From: Octopus vulgaris
Taxonomy: Eukaryota
DNA length: 64,000 nucleotides
Direction: 5' to 3'
Assembly: GCA_951406725.2 (NCBI GenBank)
Contig: OX597830.1
Location: 40,796,001-40,860,000 of the forward strand
Of the stretch, positions 11,634 through 24,837 are shown piece after piece (the stretch's first letter is position 1; every line of letters begins with the position of its first letter). Both the position numbers and the translations under genes were made by a program. The notes below the pieces were generated by a model. The model saw only the letters and a list, made by a program, of their open reading frames with translations. It was not told the origin of the DNA and did not search any database.

Positions 11634-12180
11634 TTTGAAATCTGTCTCAGAGAATATTTCTTTTTACTTTTTATTTGTTTTAGTCATTTGACTGCGGTCA
11701 TGCTCGAACATCAATCAGCTTTAAATTTTTGTAGTAAAAAATGAATTGATCCCAGTACTTGCATTTTAATTCTTTTAAACCTAGTACTTATTCCATCATT
11801 CCGTTTTGCTGAACCACTAAGTTAAAGGGATGTAATCACACCAACACCGGTTGTCAAGTGGTGGTGTTGGTAAGACAAACACAGGCAAAAAGGCACACAC
11901 ATATAGAGGAGGAGGGGGAGGAGGAAGAGGAGGAGGAAGAGGAGGAGGATTTCTACTATATGTACAAGGCCTGATTTTTGTAGGGAGGGCTCTAGTCAAT
12001 TACATTGACCCCAGTGTTTCACTGGTATTTAATTTATTGACCCCGAAAGGATGAAAGGCAAAGTCAACCTCAGTAGAATTTGAACTTAGAATGTGGCAAC
12101 AGGTGAAATACCATTAAGCATTTCACCCAGTGTGCTAACAATTCTGCCACCTCACTGCCTTCAATAATAATGATAACAAT

Positions 12181-12549
12181 AACAAGAGCACTCAGGGAGC
12201 GCAAACCTCTGCCAAAGCAACACCAACATCCTTTCAATGATTAGCCGGAGATGATTTTTAAAATGAGAATATCTGAAATAAACTCGACTGATCTTACAAA
12301 CAAGAATAATAAAAATGAACCCAACTGCTCTCAAAAATTAAGTAAAAAAAAAATGGGAAAATAATCCAGAATCCTTGTCCGGTACCAGATTGATCCCAAA
12401 ATCTAATCAGTTTGTGCCAATCACGAGGCCAAACATCTTTGAAAGTTTCATCGGAATCCATCCAGTGGTTCTTGAGATATCTTGTCCATGGACAAACAAA
12501 CAAACACAACTGAAAACAATACCTCCACCTTAGTGAAGGTGGAGGTAAT
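12181..12549 (-). mobile_element. Helentron/DINE-1-like element
   Basis: Reverse-complement copy of 1899-2268 with both subTIRs and the 3' hairpin. Confidence 0.65.
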
Positions 12550-12735
12550 AATATATACACAATGGGCTTCTTTTAGTTTCCATCTACCAAATCCACACAC
12601 AAGACATTTTGGTTGGCCCGAGGATTTAGTAGAAGACACAAGATGTCATGCAGTAGGACTGAACCCACAACAATGTGGTTGGAAAGCAAACTTCTTACCA
12701 CACAGCTATGCCCGCCCCTATGTGTGTGCCTGTGC

Positions 12736-12776
<41 letters not shown>

Positions 12777-13219
12777 AAAAGCAATAATCTTCAATAACTG
12801 TGTTCCTACTGGAAAGATAATCTTATCTTATTGAGGGAAGTATTTTAATAAGAAGAGGAGTGGAGGGGGGGGGGCGGGAACTGAAAAATAAAACTGAAAT
12901 GATACAGAGGATGAGGGAGGGAGGGGAGGAGGCAGGCGATGAAAGGAGGATGAGGGGGCGAGGAGGGCAAGTACGGAATGATAACAAAAGACAATTCTAA
13001 AAGAACCTCTATTTGTTGTCTTTGGTTTGAATCAATATTTTCTGGATCTTGGTATATTTATTTCATAACCATGAAGCACTTGAACTATCAACCAGTGGTG
13101 AGGGCGGAGGAGGGGGGATTCGTTAGGCAGGAGGGAATCAGAGGGACCAACAGTTCAGGAAGCAGACAGCTTTCTGCTAAGTTGAGGAATTGGACAATCG
13201 AAAATAGTGACTGTGCACG

Positions 13220-13652
13220 GGTGTGCGCGTGTGTGTGTGTAATGTGCGTGTGTGTGTGTAGTGTGTGTATGTAATGTGTGTGTGTGTGTAGTGTGTGTGT
13301 AGTGTGTGTATGTAATGTGTGTGTATGTGTGTGTAATGTGTGTGTAGTGTGTGTGTAGTGTGTGTGTATGTAATGTGTGTGTAGTGTGTATGTGTGTGTA
13401 GTGTGTGAGGGTAGTGTGTGTGTGTAGTGTGTGTATAGTGTGTGAGTGTAGTGTGAGTAGTGTGTGTGTGTGTGTAATGTGTATGTGTGTGTGAGTAGTG
13501 TGTGTGTGTGTGCATATGCATGTAATTGTATATGTGCATGCATGTAAGCATGTGTATATCTGTGTGTGTGTGTGTGTAGATATATATATGTGCACGAGTG
13601 TGTGCATGTGTAGGTGTATGACTAAGTGTTTGCGTGTACATGTGAATATGTA

Positions 13653-13696
<44 letters not shown>

Positions 13697-13876
13697 CATA
13701 CATACATACATACATACATGCATACATACACACATGAGAATGAGTGTGTATGTGCATGTCTGTGTATTTGTGTGTGCCTATATATGCATGTGTGCAGACA
13801 TCCATATTTGTGTATGTGTATGTGTGTGTTTATGTGTGTGTATATGTGTATGTGTGTGTTAATGTGTGTGTGTGTA
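13220..13876. repeat. Compound TG-rich microsatellite with interspersed TAG/TAA variants
   Basis: Directly visible. Confidence 0.95.
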
Positions 13877-14636
13877 ATGATGCAGATTGATAAATATTTT
13901 TAAAAAATGGCTTGTGTGTCTTAGAGAGTAGAGAAAGGATTAAGGAGAATGGCTTCCTTTTCAAGGAGAAAGAAGTCAATCTGTGCCAGTAAATGGCTTT
14001 GACAAAATAAAGTATCAAATGTGTAAGGTAGGACAGGAAAAATAAAAAAAGGGATCTTATTGTTAAAAGGAATGGGGGCAGCCTTTCAATTCATAGTGAA
14101 TGATCCTTATGAAAATATACCCCTTCCTCAGTTTCAGATTGTGGTTGGTTATCCTGGAATGGCATTCAACTATAAAGATTGCGCCACCACCACCTCCACC
14201 GCCACCAGCACCACCACCACCAGCTCCACCCCCAGCTCCACCCCCACCCCTCTCAGACAGTCTCAGGCACTGATAAGAGTTAATATGCAGATATATGTAA
14301 AAACATGCATATGAATTTATAAGAGTGTTGCACTCACACATGCCTTGTCAATTCTTCATTTACTCCTTTTATTGCTTTCAATTACCGGATTGTGGCCATG
14401 CTGGAGCAACGCCTTCATACAAATGTTTCTGTCAGTGATATATCGACCCCCAGAAATTGATTCAGGCTAGTATTTATTCTAGTGGTTTCTGTCTATTGAA
14501 AAGTCAAATGACTCGTATTTACAACCAAAGGATGTAATACCACACCAATTTGCACCGGAAAACATGAACAAAAAGATAGAGATTACATACACACACACAC
14601 ATATATATAGGATAATATACATACATACAAATATAT

Positions 14637-15020
14637 CGTCGTGGCACTCCGTTGATTACGACAACGAGGGTTCCAGTTGATGTGATTAACGGAACAACCA
14701 GCTCGTGAAATTAACATGCAAGTGGCTGAGCACTCCACAGACATCTGTACCCTTAACATAGTTCTCAGGGAGATTCAGTATGACACAGAGTGTGACAAGA
14801 CTGGCCATTTGAAATACAGGTACGACAGAAACAAGAAGAAAGAGTGAGAGAAAGTTGTGGTGAAAAAGTACAGCAGAGTTCACCACCACCCACTACTAGA
14901 GCCTCATGGAGCTTTAGGTATTTTCGCTCAATAAACACTCACAACACTTGGTCTGGGACTCGAAACCACAATCCTACGACCATGAATCCGCTGCCCTAAC
15001 CACTGGGCCACTGCGCCTCC
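14637..15020 (-). mobile_element. tRNA-derived SINE family 5
   Basis: Minus strand GGAGGCGCAGTGGCCCAGTGGTTAGGG...GGTTTCGAGTCCC (A/B boxes), followed by a ~300 bp body. Confidence 0.7.
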
Positions 15021-15610
15021 ATGCATATATCATCATCATCATCGTTTAACGTCCGCTTTCCATGCTGGCATGAGTTGGACAGTTTGACTGAGGACTGGCG
15101 AGCCAGATGACTGCACCAGGCTCCAATCTGATCTGGCAGAGTTTCTACAGCTGGATGCCCTTCCTAAGACCTTTAATTCCAAGATTTATTTATGTTTAAC
15201 AACTGAATGAATTTAATAAAATAAAATCTTTTATTTTTATTTCTGAAATCACATGATCTAACAGCCCCACCACTGGTGTTAGGTGATTTTGAAGCTTTGT
15301 TCAAACAAGCAGGAATTCTATGTTGTTTATATCATAAGAATTTCTTCAGATTTTCTGGAAACTTCAAGAGATATGAAATAAATTGTTTTAATGGTGACTC
15401 ATAACAAGAAGAAATTAATCTCTTACCTAAGTATCATTGAGAAATAGAAACTAAACACTTGGCCTTATAAGCCAATAGCAGAAGCCCTTCTAATGATGCT
15501 TCAGTCTATGACAAATAGTACCCAAATCTCCCTCAAATCATAACTTAATGCCTTACTGGTCCTAGATACCCACCAAAATTACAGGATGGTCACAATTGGA
15601 ATGCTTTTGG

Positions 15611-16257
15611 CATCACTCAGCAAGACCTTTGTCTGCCATTCTTCAGCTATCTAGTTAAGACTGTATATGGCTATGGTGTGGCTACACTTGGAATTTGCAT
15701 CACTAGTCTGGAACCTCTATCTTACTCAGGACACTGACCTCCTGGAAACTGTTCAGGGACATGCAACCAAGCAATTACCCTCCATCAGGCATCTACCATA
15801 CTCTGAATGCCTTGCTTCCCTGGGCAAAGATACACTGAAGCTCCAACATCTAGCAAGTGACATGGTAAACACCCACAAAATTATTAACCATCGTGTCAAC
15901 GACCACCCTGAGCACCTTTTTGAACTCCATGTGTGTAACAGATGTGGGCATGCCTACAAAGTCAGAAAACAGTACAGCTCCCATGACTTTCAGAAACATT
16001 TTTACACATTCAGAGTTGCTGAAGCATGGATCAAACTACCTGCATCAGTTGTTAGATGCCAAGACACTGCATCCTTTAAAACCTCCATGCTTCCTGAAAT
16101 CCCACCCCACTCCATACATATGCACACACGTATATCATGACTCATACACTGTTCACTTTCCTGACATTTGTACATAATTCTATGTACTGTACATGCACCT
16201 TTGTTGAGTTGTACTGCACCTATACACAATAATTTCATTATTATTGTTATTATCATT
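15611..16257 (+). mobile_element. CR1-clade LINE 3' fragment (RT C-terminus)
   Basis: ORF 15667-16140 HLEFASLVWN...DLLETVQGHATK...GHAYK...RVAEAWIKLPASVV...SFK matches the CR1 pattern HLEY..VW.P...LE.VQRRATK...TRGH..K...RV...WN.LP..VV...FK. It ends in an (ATT)n tail. Confidence 0.85.
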
Positions 16258-16805
16258 TTATCTACTCAATCCAGGTTGATCTGAGGCTAAACAACAAAAT
16301 AATAGCTTTTTAACTCTTTTGTTACTAAATTTCAGCTAATTTTGAAAATAATGAGGAATTTAGTAAAATCACTTTGTCATTATTAAATTGGGTTTTGATG
16401 AAAGGTCTTAATTTAGATCACTTGAAAAAACTGGGAGTTTATATCGCAAAACCAGAGATTACCTCAGATGGGTTGTGGTATCAAAAGGGTTAAACCTCCA
16501 CTAACTATCTTGTATGATATAAGTGACTGGTCTTAGATATCGACCAAAATTACAGGATGGCCACAGCCAGAATGCTTTTGATCACAGATCTGCACAATCA
16601 GGGTCTGGCCTGGGGCTAAACCACAAAATAACAGCCCTTTAAATGTTTCTTAACCTTGGCAGAAAACTTGTATTATATTTTTACAATGCTTGTGATACTC
16701 TGTCATGCATCAAACATTCTTAAATACGTTAGTAGATGTGACATAGCTGAGTGGATAAGGTATTGGACTACCAGTTTAGAGATCACAAGTTCAAATCCTT
16801 TACAT

Positions 16806-16873
<68 letters not shown>

Positions 16874-17940
16874 AGTAGGATGCTTAAGTTTTTTCTTAAG
16901 TTCATTTATCATAGGTAATACATACCAGATGATCTGAGAAAGTTACCTGCCGTACGTTTGACTTTCAGCCAATAGGGGTTGGATGAAAGAAAACTTTATC
17001 TCTTGTTTGCTTCACTGCACAAAGCCAGAACCAAAACAACCAACTCTTTAAAGGTTCTTTGGAATTTAGGAGGCATTTATATTGGATTTTTACTGCAGAG
17101 CTCTGCATTCTTTGCCTATCTTCTACAACTATTAATAGTCACACTTCTGACAAAAAACCTCATGCACTCTAAGCTTATAAGAGGCAGCTTCTATGTGGTT
17201 GCTAGAATATGCTAGAAACAGCAGCCAAAATCTTTCCTTATATTGCATTTTACCATGTCTTAAAAAGGTAAGGACACAATGGATAATGTAGTCTTAGATA
17301 TACCGTGTCTGAATGAATGGTGGTCGATCACAACTGAAATCATCATCATCGTCATCATCATCATTGTTGTTGTTTAACATCCACCTTCCATGCTGGCATG
17401 GGTTGGACTAGTGTCTTTGAATATAGATCTGCGTTATCAGGGCTGACGCGAGCCAGAACAATAACAACAACAACATCATCAGCAACAACAGTAACACGTT
17501 CATAAAATCCTGTTTTTAAAGGTGAATAGTAACTTCAGACAATTTTGAATGCAGGAATTTTTTTTTCTTCTTTTTTTCGACAATTCAAACTGCCTATCAA
17601 ATTTTAATGCACGTATGCATATATATGCGTAGGTGTGTTGTTGTGTATATGTGCATGTGTGTATGCATGTGTGTAAGTTATTGCGGAATGGTAGAAATGT
17701 CTTGATGAACTGTGACCCACACTTAATTCTCAGATGTAAGCATTTCAAATTTGTTTCTGTCAATAATGTCTTTGGGAAAGACAGAAGATTATAAATTTCT
17801 CCTAACTTTCCATCTATTCCCTTGAGTCTAATCTCGTTTGTCATTTATTGATTAACACTAATAACTACAAGAAGTTGGAGGAAATACTGTCTTACAATAT
17901 TTAACACTATTCATTGCTGTTACAATGCAGTTACTTTATA

Positions 17941-18177
17941 CAGGGGTGTTCAAAAAGTCTCTCCGCAGTGAATTTTTTTTCATCCTGCACATCACCATGG
18001 TGCTACTTCAAGAGATTTTTTGGTGAACGAATTATTTTGAAGGGACTTTGGCCATGAAGATCACCTGATTTAACACCGCTAGACTTATTTTTCTGGAGAG
18101 CAAGTAAAGGATCAGTGTTCAAGAATCACCCAAAAACTATTAAATACTTACTGCAGAGAGACGTTTTGAGCACCCTA
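17941..18177 (+). mobile_element. Internally deleted Tc1/mariner-superfamily element (maT/rosa-like)
   Basis: TA-flanked ~28 bp TIRs CAGGGGTGTTCAAAAAGTCTCTCCGCAGT / ACTGCAGAGAGACGTTTTGAGCACCCTA. Internal translation GLWP*RSPDLTPLDLFFW is the WPxRSPDLTPxD catalytic motif. Confidence 0.85.
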
Positions 18178-18380
18178 TACAATGCAGTTCAGTGACTGAA
18201 TGTACATACAGCTTTTTACTTTTATTCTTTTACTTGTTTGATTGCAGCCATGCTGGAGCATCGCCTTAAGTCAAACAAATTGACCCCAGAACGTATTCTT
18301 TGTAAGCCTAGTACTTATTCTATCAGTCTCTTTTGCTAAACCACTAAGTTGTGGAGACAAACACAGACACACAAACACAT

Positions 18381-18446
<66 letters not shown>

Positions 18447-18915
18447 CAGGCTTCTTTCAGTTGGTAAGCTGAGGGGCTGCACCAGATTTGGCATGGTTTC
18501 TACAGCTGGATGCCCTTCCTAATGCCAACCACTCCAAGAGTGTAATGGGTGCTCCAGTCGTGTGGCACCAGTGTCTGCCACAATTACGATTTCAATTGGC
18601 TTGATGGGTCTTCTTTTCAAGCACAGCATATTGCCAATGGTCTCGGTCATTTGTCATTGCCTCCATGAGGTCTAACACTTGAAAGATACATTTTACATGT
18701 CACTGGCACAGGTGCCAGTCACATGACACTAGCATCAGCCATGACTACAATTTCACTTGGGTTGATGGGTTTTCTCAAGAACAGCATATGGCCAAACGTT
18801 TTGGTCACTAATCATTGCCTCTATGAGGCCCAACATTTGAAGATCATATTAAAACTACATATTCAAAAACACCAGGTGGATCACGGTTCAATCGAAATCA
18901 TATCACCAAGTTGAA

Positions 18916-19831
18916 CCACTTTGATACCAAACCTGCCTGAGACCATACCAATTCCATGATACAAATTTCCTGTCTAATCCTTTAGCATTTAAACCAGCCA
19001 TATCCAGCCAAAATATTCTACTTCTGTTATGTTCAAACTGGCCAGATCCAACATCTCACACCTACCCTACAATATCAGTTTAAAAATAAACAAGCATGTC
19101 ATCAGAATCTTGAAACCATGAGATAATGCATGATGTGAATAAAGAGGAACATTATATTTGACAGAGTAGTCTGAATGCTAAACGGTTAAAAGTGCTCAAA
19201 ATTTAAAATCTTGCATCAAAATATCATGTTAATTTGTGTTCTAAGTACTAGCTTAGCCCTTTTGATACCAACCCAGCTGAAACCACCTCTGGCTCTGACT
19301 ACAAATGTCTTTTTTTCAAAAGTTCTGAATTAAAATTTTCCACCAAACCTTAGTCACAATTTATGCTCCTAACACAAGCTTAATGATAACTAAGTTATTT
19401 TACTAAATTCTTTGTTATATTTAAATCAATTGAAAGAAATACAGAGCATCTCAAAATAAGTACGGTAATGAAAGGGTTAGAATATATAATAGAGAAACAA
19501 TTCTTAATCCTTTTGATACCAACCTGGCTGAAACTGTGTCGGGCTCTGTAGTACGTCTTTCTTTCAAAAATTCTGAATTAAAACCATCCACCAAATCTTG
19601 GTCACAATTTATGTTCTTAACACTGACTTAATGATAACTAAGTTATTTTACTAAATTCTTTGTTACATTTAAAATTAATTGAAACAAACACAGAGCATCT
19701 CAAAATAAATACAGTAACGGAAGGGTTAATATTGACAGTTATTTGACTAAATTCTTTTGTTTCAAATAATCAAATTAAATTAATTGAAACAAAAGGCATT
19801 GAGTTTCAACAGAAATATGAGAACAAAAGAG
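18916..19831. mobile_element. Nest of piggyBac-type MITEs (host plus three inserts at 18978-19185, 19257-19476, 19508-19725)
   Basis: Each insert has CCCTTT/AAAGGG-like termini and TTAA, TTAG or CTAA flanks. The host termini resemble family A. Confidence 0.7.
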
Positions 19832-20399
19832 TTAAACAGAGAGTTACTACTTCTGACACCGATGCAGGCAAAAGCAGAAAATTCAACACAAAACGAAAAG
19901 ATTATGGAAACTGTTGACATCACTTGAAAATGCAAATGGTATTTTTAAGAAAATACTTCCAGATCCTACTGACCTGCAGCTATTGAATTTCTTTATAAAT
20001 TGATTAAACAACTTCTCACATATTAATTGTTAATATTAGGGAAGTTATTACGGCGGTGAGCTGGCAGAATTGTTACTGCACCGAAAAAAAGATGTGTAGC
20101 AGCAGTTCTTCTTACTTTATGTTCTGAGTTCAAATTCTGCTGGGTTCAACTTTACCTTTCATCCTTTCAGGGTCGATAAAATAAACCAACTTACACCCTC
20201 CCTGCCCACAACTGCTGGCCTTGTGCCAAAATTTGAAGCCAATATTAGCAAAGTTATTATTTCTAGTCTGTCTGTATGTCTGCTGCCTGTCTCCTTTTTT
20301 CTATTGTTTTACTAATGTTGACATTGGCATAGACTATACATACATATATATATATACACATACATGCATATATATATATATATATATATACATACATAC

Positions 20400-20448
<49 letters not shown>

Positions 20449-20479
20449 TACATACATACATACATAGGCATCATACAAT

Positions 20480-21356
20480 TTGGCTTTCCTCTCAGAGTAA
20501 AAGGCAGGTTGTTATGATGTTTGTGTGTGAACGGCTATGCAGTGAAACATGGCTGTGACAGCTGTGGACTTGCATAGGCTTGGAAAAAATGAAGCCAGTA
20601 TGCTTTGCTGGATGTACAATGTCAGTGTGCATGTTCAACAGAGTATAAGCATTTTGAAAGCAAAATTAGGCATAAGAGGAATCAGATGTGGTGTGCAAGA
20701 GCGATGACTGCACTGACATGGTCATGTGATGCGTATGGATGAGGACAGAAGTGTAAAGAAGTGCTGAACTCTAACTGTGGAGGGAACCTGTGGTAGAGGT
20801 AGGCCCAGAAAGACATGGGATGAAGTGGTGAAGCATCATCTTTGAACTTTGAGCCTCATAAAGGCAATGACTAGTGACTGAGACCTTTGGCAATATGCTG
20901 CGCTTGAGAAGACCCATCAAGTCAAGTGCAATTGTAGTTGTGGCTGATACTGGTGTCACATAACTGGCATCCGTGCCAGTGGCATATAAAGAGCACCTTT
21001 TGAGCATTGGGCCTCATTGAGACAAAGTGACTGAGCTCCTTTCAAGTGTTGGGCCTCCTGGAGGCAATGACTGAGACCTTTGACATTATGTCATGTTTAA
21101 AAAGAAGACCCATCAAGTCAAGCAAAATCACAGTTGTGGCAGATGCTGGTATCACGTAAATGGCACCCATGCTGGTGGCACATAAAAGCACACATTACAC
21201 TCTCAGAGTCGTTGGCATTAGGAAGAGAAACCAGTTGTAGAAAGAATGCCAAATCAGACTGGCATCTGGTGCTGCCTTCCAGCTTGCCAGCCTTGATCAA
21301 ACCATCCAATCCATACCAGCATGGACAATGCATGTTGAATGATGATCATGATCATA
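20480..21356 (+). mobile_element. 5'-truncated RTE-clade LINE (RT C-terminus, 3'UTR, (GAT)n tail)
   Basis: Translation PLRVKGRL...SETW...HGHVMRMDED...VEGTCGRGRPRKTWDEVVK...LEKTHQ runs directly into the GGTGGCACATAAAAGCAC / GTTGGCATTAGGAAG 3'UTR and a GAT-rich tail. Confidence 0.85.
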
Positions 21357-21428
<72 letters not shown>

Positions 21429-21518
21429 CCAGGTGGTGCTATTAAGTTAGACATGGCCTGGGCCAATAATGGCCGAAACCTATCAAAGTATCAAAGTATC
21501 AAAGTATATATATATATA

Positions 21519-21645
21519 ATTCTTAAACAAGAATTGACAGTGACTTCCTAAGATTCGCCCAGCTAAGCCATCGTCAAACAGTCTAATGATGGCTTAGCTG
21601 GTTGAAACATTGAAATCACCGTCAATAATATTCTTGATAAAGAAT
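21519..21645. ncRNA. Inverted pair of degenerate minimal hammerhead-ribozyme motifs (PLE-type)
   Basis: Palindrome. Plus strand: acagt-CTaATGA-tggcttagctggtt-GAAA-cattgaa-ATC-accgt. Minus strand: actgt-tTGACGA-tggcttagctgggc-GAAt-cttaggaa-GTC-actgt. Confidence 0.5.
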
Positions 21646-21713
21646 AATAAATTTATACTCTACATAATGAATTGAGTAATCCTGGGGCACCACCTTGAAG
21701 ATATATATATATA

Positions 21714-21880
21714 TAGGCACAGGAGTGGCTGTATGGTAGGTAGCTTGCTTACCGACCACATCGTTCTGGGTTCAGTTCCACTGTGTGGAACCTTGGGCAA
21801 GTATCTTCTACTATAGCCACAGGCTGACCAAAGCCTTGTGAGTGGATTTGGTAGACAGAAACTGAAAGAAGCCAGTTGTG

Positions 21881-21935
<55 letters not shown>

Positions 21936-22147
21936 GTGTGCATGTCTGTGTTTGTCCTGCCACCATCGCTTGACAACCAATGTTGGTGTGTTTACGTCCC
22001 CATAACTTAGCAGTTTGTCAAAAGAGACCGATAGAGAAAGTACTAGGCTTACAAAGAATAAGTCCTAGGGTCGATTTGCTCAACTGAATGTGGTACTCCA
22101 GCATGGTCATAGTTAAATGACTGAAACAAGTAAAAGAATAAAAGAAT
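21714..22147 (+). mobile_element. SINE family 1, full length
   Basis: Same head/microsatellite/tail structure as 11206-11633. Confidence 0.9.
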
Positions 22148-22893
22148 ATATATATATATCAACATCACCATTATCATCATCATCATCATCATCACTTAAC
22201 ATCCGTTTTTCCATGCGGTCATGAGTTGGATAGTTTGGCAGGAGCTGGCAAGGCCAGAGCACTGCATCAGGCGCCATAGTTTGTTTTGGCATGGTTTCTA
22301 CAGGCGGATGCTCTTCCTAATGCCTGCCACTTTACAGAGTGTACTGGGTGCTTTTTACGTGGCATCATCACCACTCCTTTTTACATGGCACTGGCACCAA
22401 TATCAAGTCTTCTGTGGTGGATGGATCTTCTTGAATACAACAAGGTACCAGATGTCTCAGTCATATATGTGTGTGAGTGAGTGTGTGTGTAGGAAGAGCA
22501 TCCAGTCATAGAAACGATGCCAGTTCTAGTTACACCATCCAACTCAATATATGCAGAATATAAACAAAACCAAATGTTCACAATTTAATATGTGAAATGC
22601 ATTAATAATATCAATTTTTGATTTTGTCTTTGTTCTGGTATTATATGTGCCTCTACCATGGCAATCTAGCTTGTCCTTGCTTCAAAAACATGGTTTATAC
22701 AACAAGGAAATAGGAATGGAATGTTTTACTTGGCCTGAGTCAAAAAATTCTGGTGAAGTGTATCCTATCAAAGCATGCTACTCAATATGTGTGTGTAGGC
22801 ATGTGTGTGCAGGCATGTGTGTGCAGGCATGTGTGTGTATGCACATACACACACAACATATATCCACAAAAACACACACACACATATATATAT

Positions 22894-22975
<82 letters not shown>

Positions 22976-23046
22976 CATATTTAATCAAAATATAAAAATG
23001 CACACATGCCTACACAAACCTATTGCATACACAGTCATATAAACAC

Positions 23047-23120
<74 letters not shown>

Positions 23121-23854
23121 TATATATATACGTATATACATATATATATACACATATATACACACACACATATATATATATATGTGTGTGTGTATGTAGA
23201 AAACCCTATATATACATACATGCACACATAAACATACAAAGCATCTTCACACCCATTATAAACTTCTACACAATGGTAACTAATCCTATTCTCATTGTGG
23301 TATTTATATTTCGTTTTCCTTTTCCTTTTTCCCCATTTTTTTAATGTCTGTTTTTCTGTTGTTTTTTTTTGTTTTTTTTCGTAAAACAAAAATAAATATA
23401 TTACTTTTATTATAAAATAGGTAGAATATTCCACTGTATTCCTCTTTCCTGTAGAGGAAAGGCTTTGACTCACAGGAAGATAGAGAAACAAAATCAGGAA
23501 CAAAAAAAAAGAGAAAAAGAAAAACCAGAGAGAGAGAGAGAGAGAGAGAGTGAGAGAGAGATTAGCTACAAAACAACAACACCCACCATTGCCACCATCG
23601 CCATCACCACCACCACCACCACCACCATAGGGTTAATCAGCCAGTATGTCTACCTCACATGATGGGTGTGAGGTCTGAATCATTGATGACTCTTTCAGCT
23701 CCAGTTCACTAATGGACAGAAAATCAATTAACCATGCTGAACTTGGCTTTAATTTCTCTTGTTTGGGTTTCGGTTTGGATTTCCGTTTTTATACCGTTTT
23801 GCTTTGTTGTTGCTGTTGTTGGCGTTGGCGTTGTTGTTGTTGTTGTTGTTGGCG

Positions 23855-23889
<35 letters not shown>

Positions 23890-24837
23890 GCAGTTGTTGC
23901 TGTTGTTTTTGTTTCGTTTTTCATCAATGCAAGTCAGAGGTATTTTAAATAAATAGGCTCAGAGTACCATAAAAGTTTGGTTGGTGAATGAAAAATTAAC
24001 CGAAAACATAATAGTGTAGAGAAAGAGAGAGAGAGAGAGGCAAGGAAATATATTTTTCCTGCAACAACAGCAACAACGACAATAACAAAAAACACAAAAG
24101 GTTTATGGACAGGTTGCTTGCAGTTAAAACGAGTGTATTAAATTTATATAACAATGTTAAGTAAATAATTATGAAATTCTCTCTTTTGCATTAACCATTG
24201 GAACTGTCAAACAACTGCAGGTGCACATCATGACGAATAAATCGATAACTAACAGCATGCTAGTCGGCATAGAGGAAGGATGGAAAGAAGAGGAAGGAGC
24301 GAGAGGAGGAGGAGGAGGAGGAATATCAGGAGAAACAGAAGCAGGAGAGAGAGAGAGAGAGAAAGAGAAAGACAGATAGATGGACAGAGAGGAGGAAGAA
24401 AATAAATCAATTTAATAAAAATCTATATCAGAAGAGAATTATAGATTAATAGAAGCACAACATAAACTGTAGCTAATTTGAAAATCGTGATCCATTAAAT
24501 TTAAGCTTATTTCAAAATTATTTCAAGAACCTTGCTTTGTTTTTTTTTTGTTTTGCTTTTTTGGTTCATTTGTTTGTGTTTTTTTATATACATATTTTGA
24601 TAATTTTATGGAAAGCAGAGTAAAAATAAGTTACAGAGGTTGATTATTTCAAAAGAGAACTTAATTTTTTTCCTCTCTTTTCTTAATATTTAAAAAATAA
24701 ATTTCAATCAAACTTAATATATGGAACAGGCTGTGAACTCAACAAGGTTGAAGACACAAGGGTTCAATACTAGCCTGATTCAGTTTCTAGTAATTTTGTT
24801 GTTTTGTGTTTTAGTTTAAAACTAAATTTTTTCCTAT

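Noticed and set aside
16947-17014. Minus-strand coding exon with good AG/GT signals
   Set aside because: Stops in all three frames.
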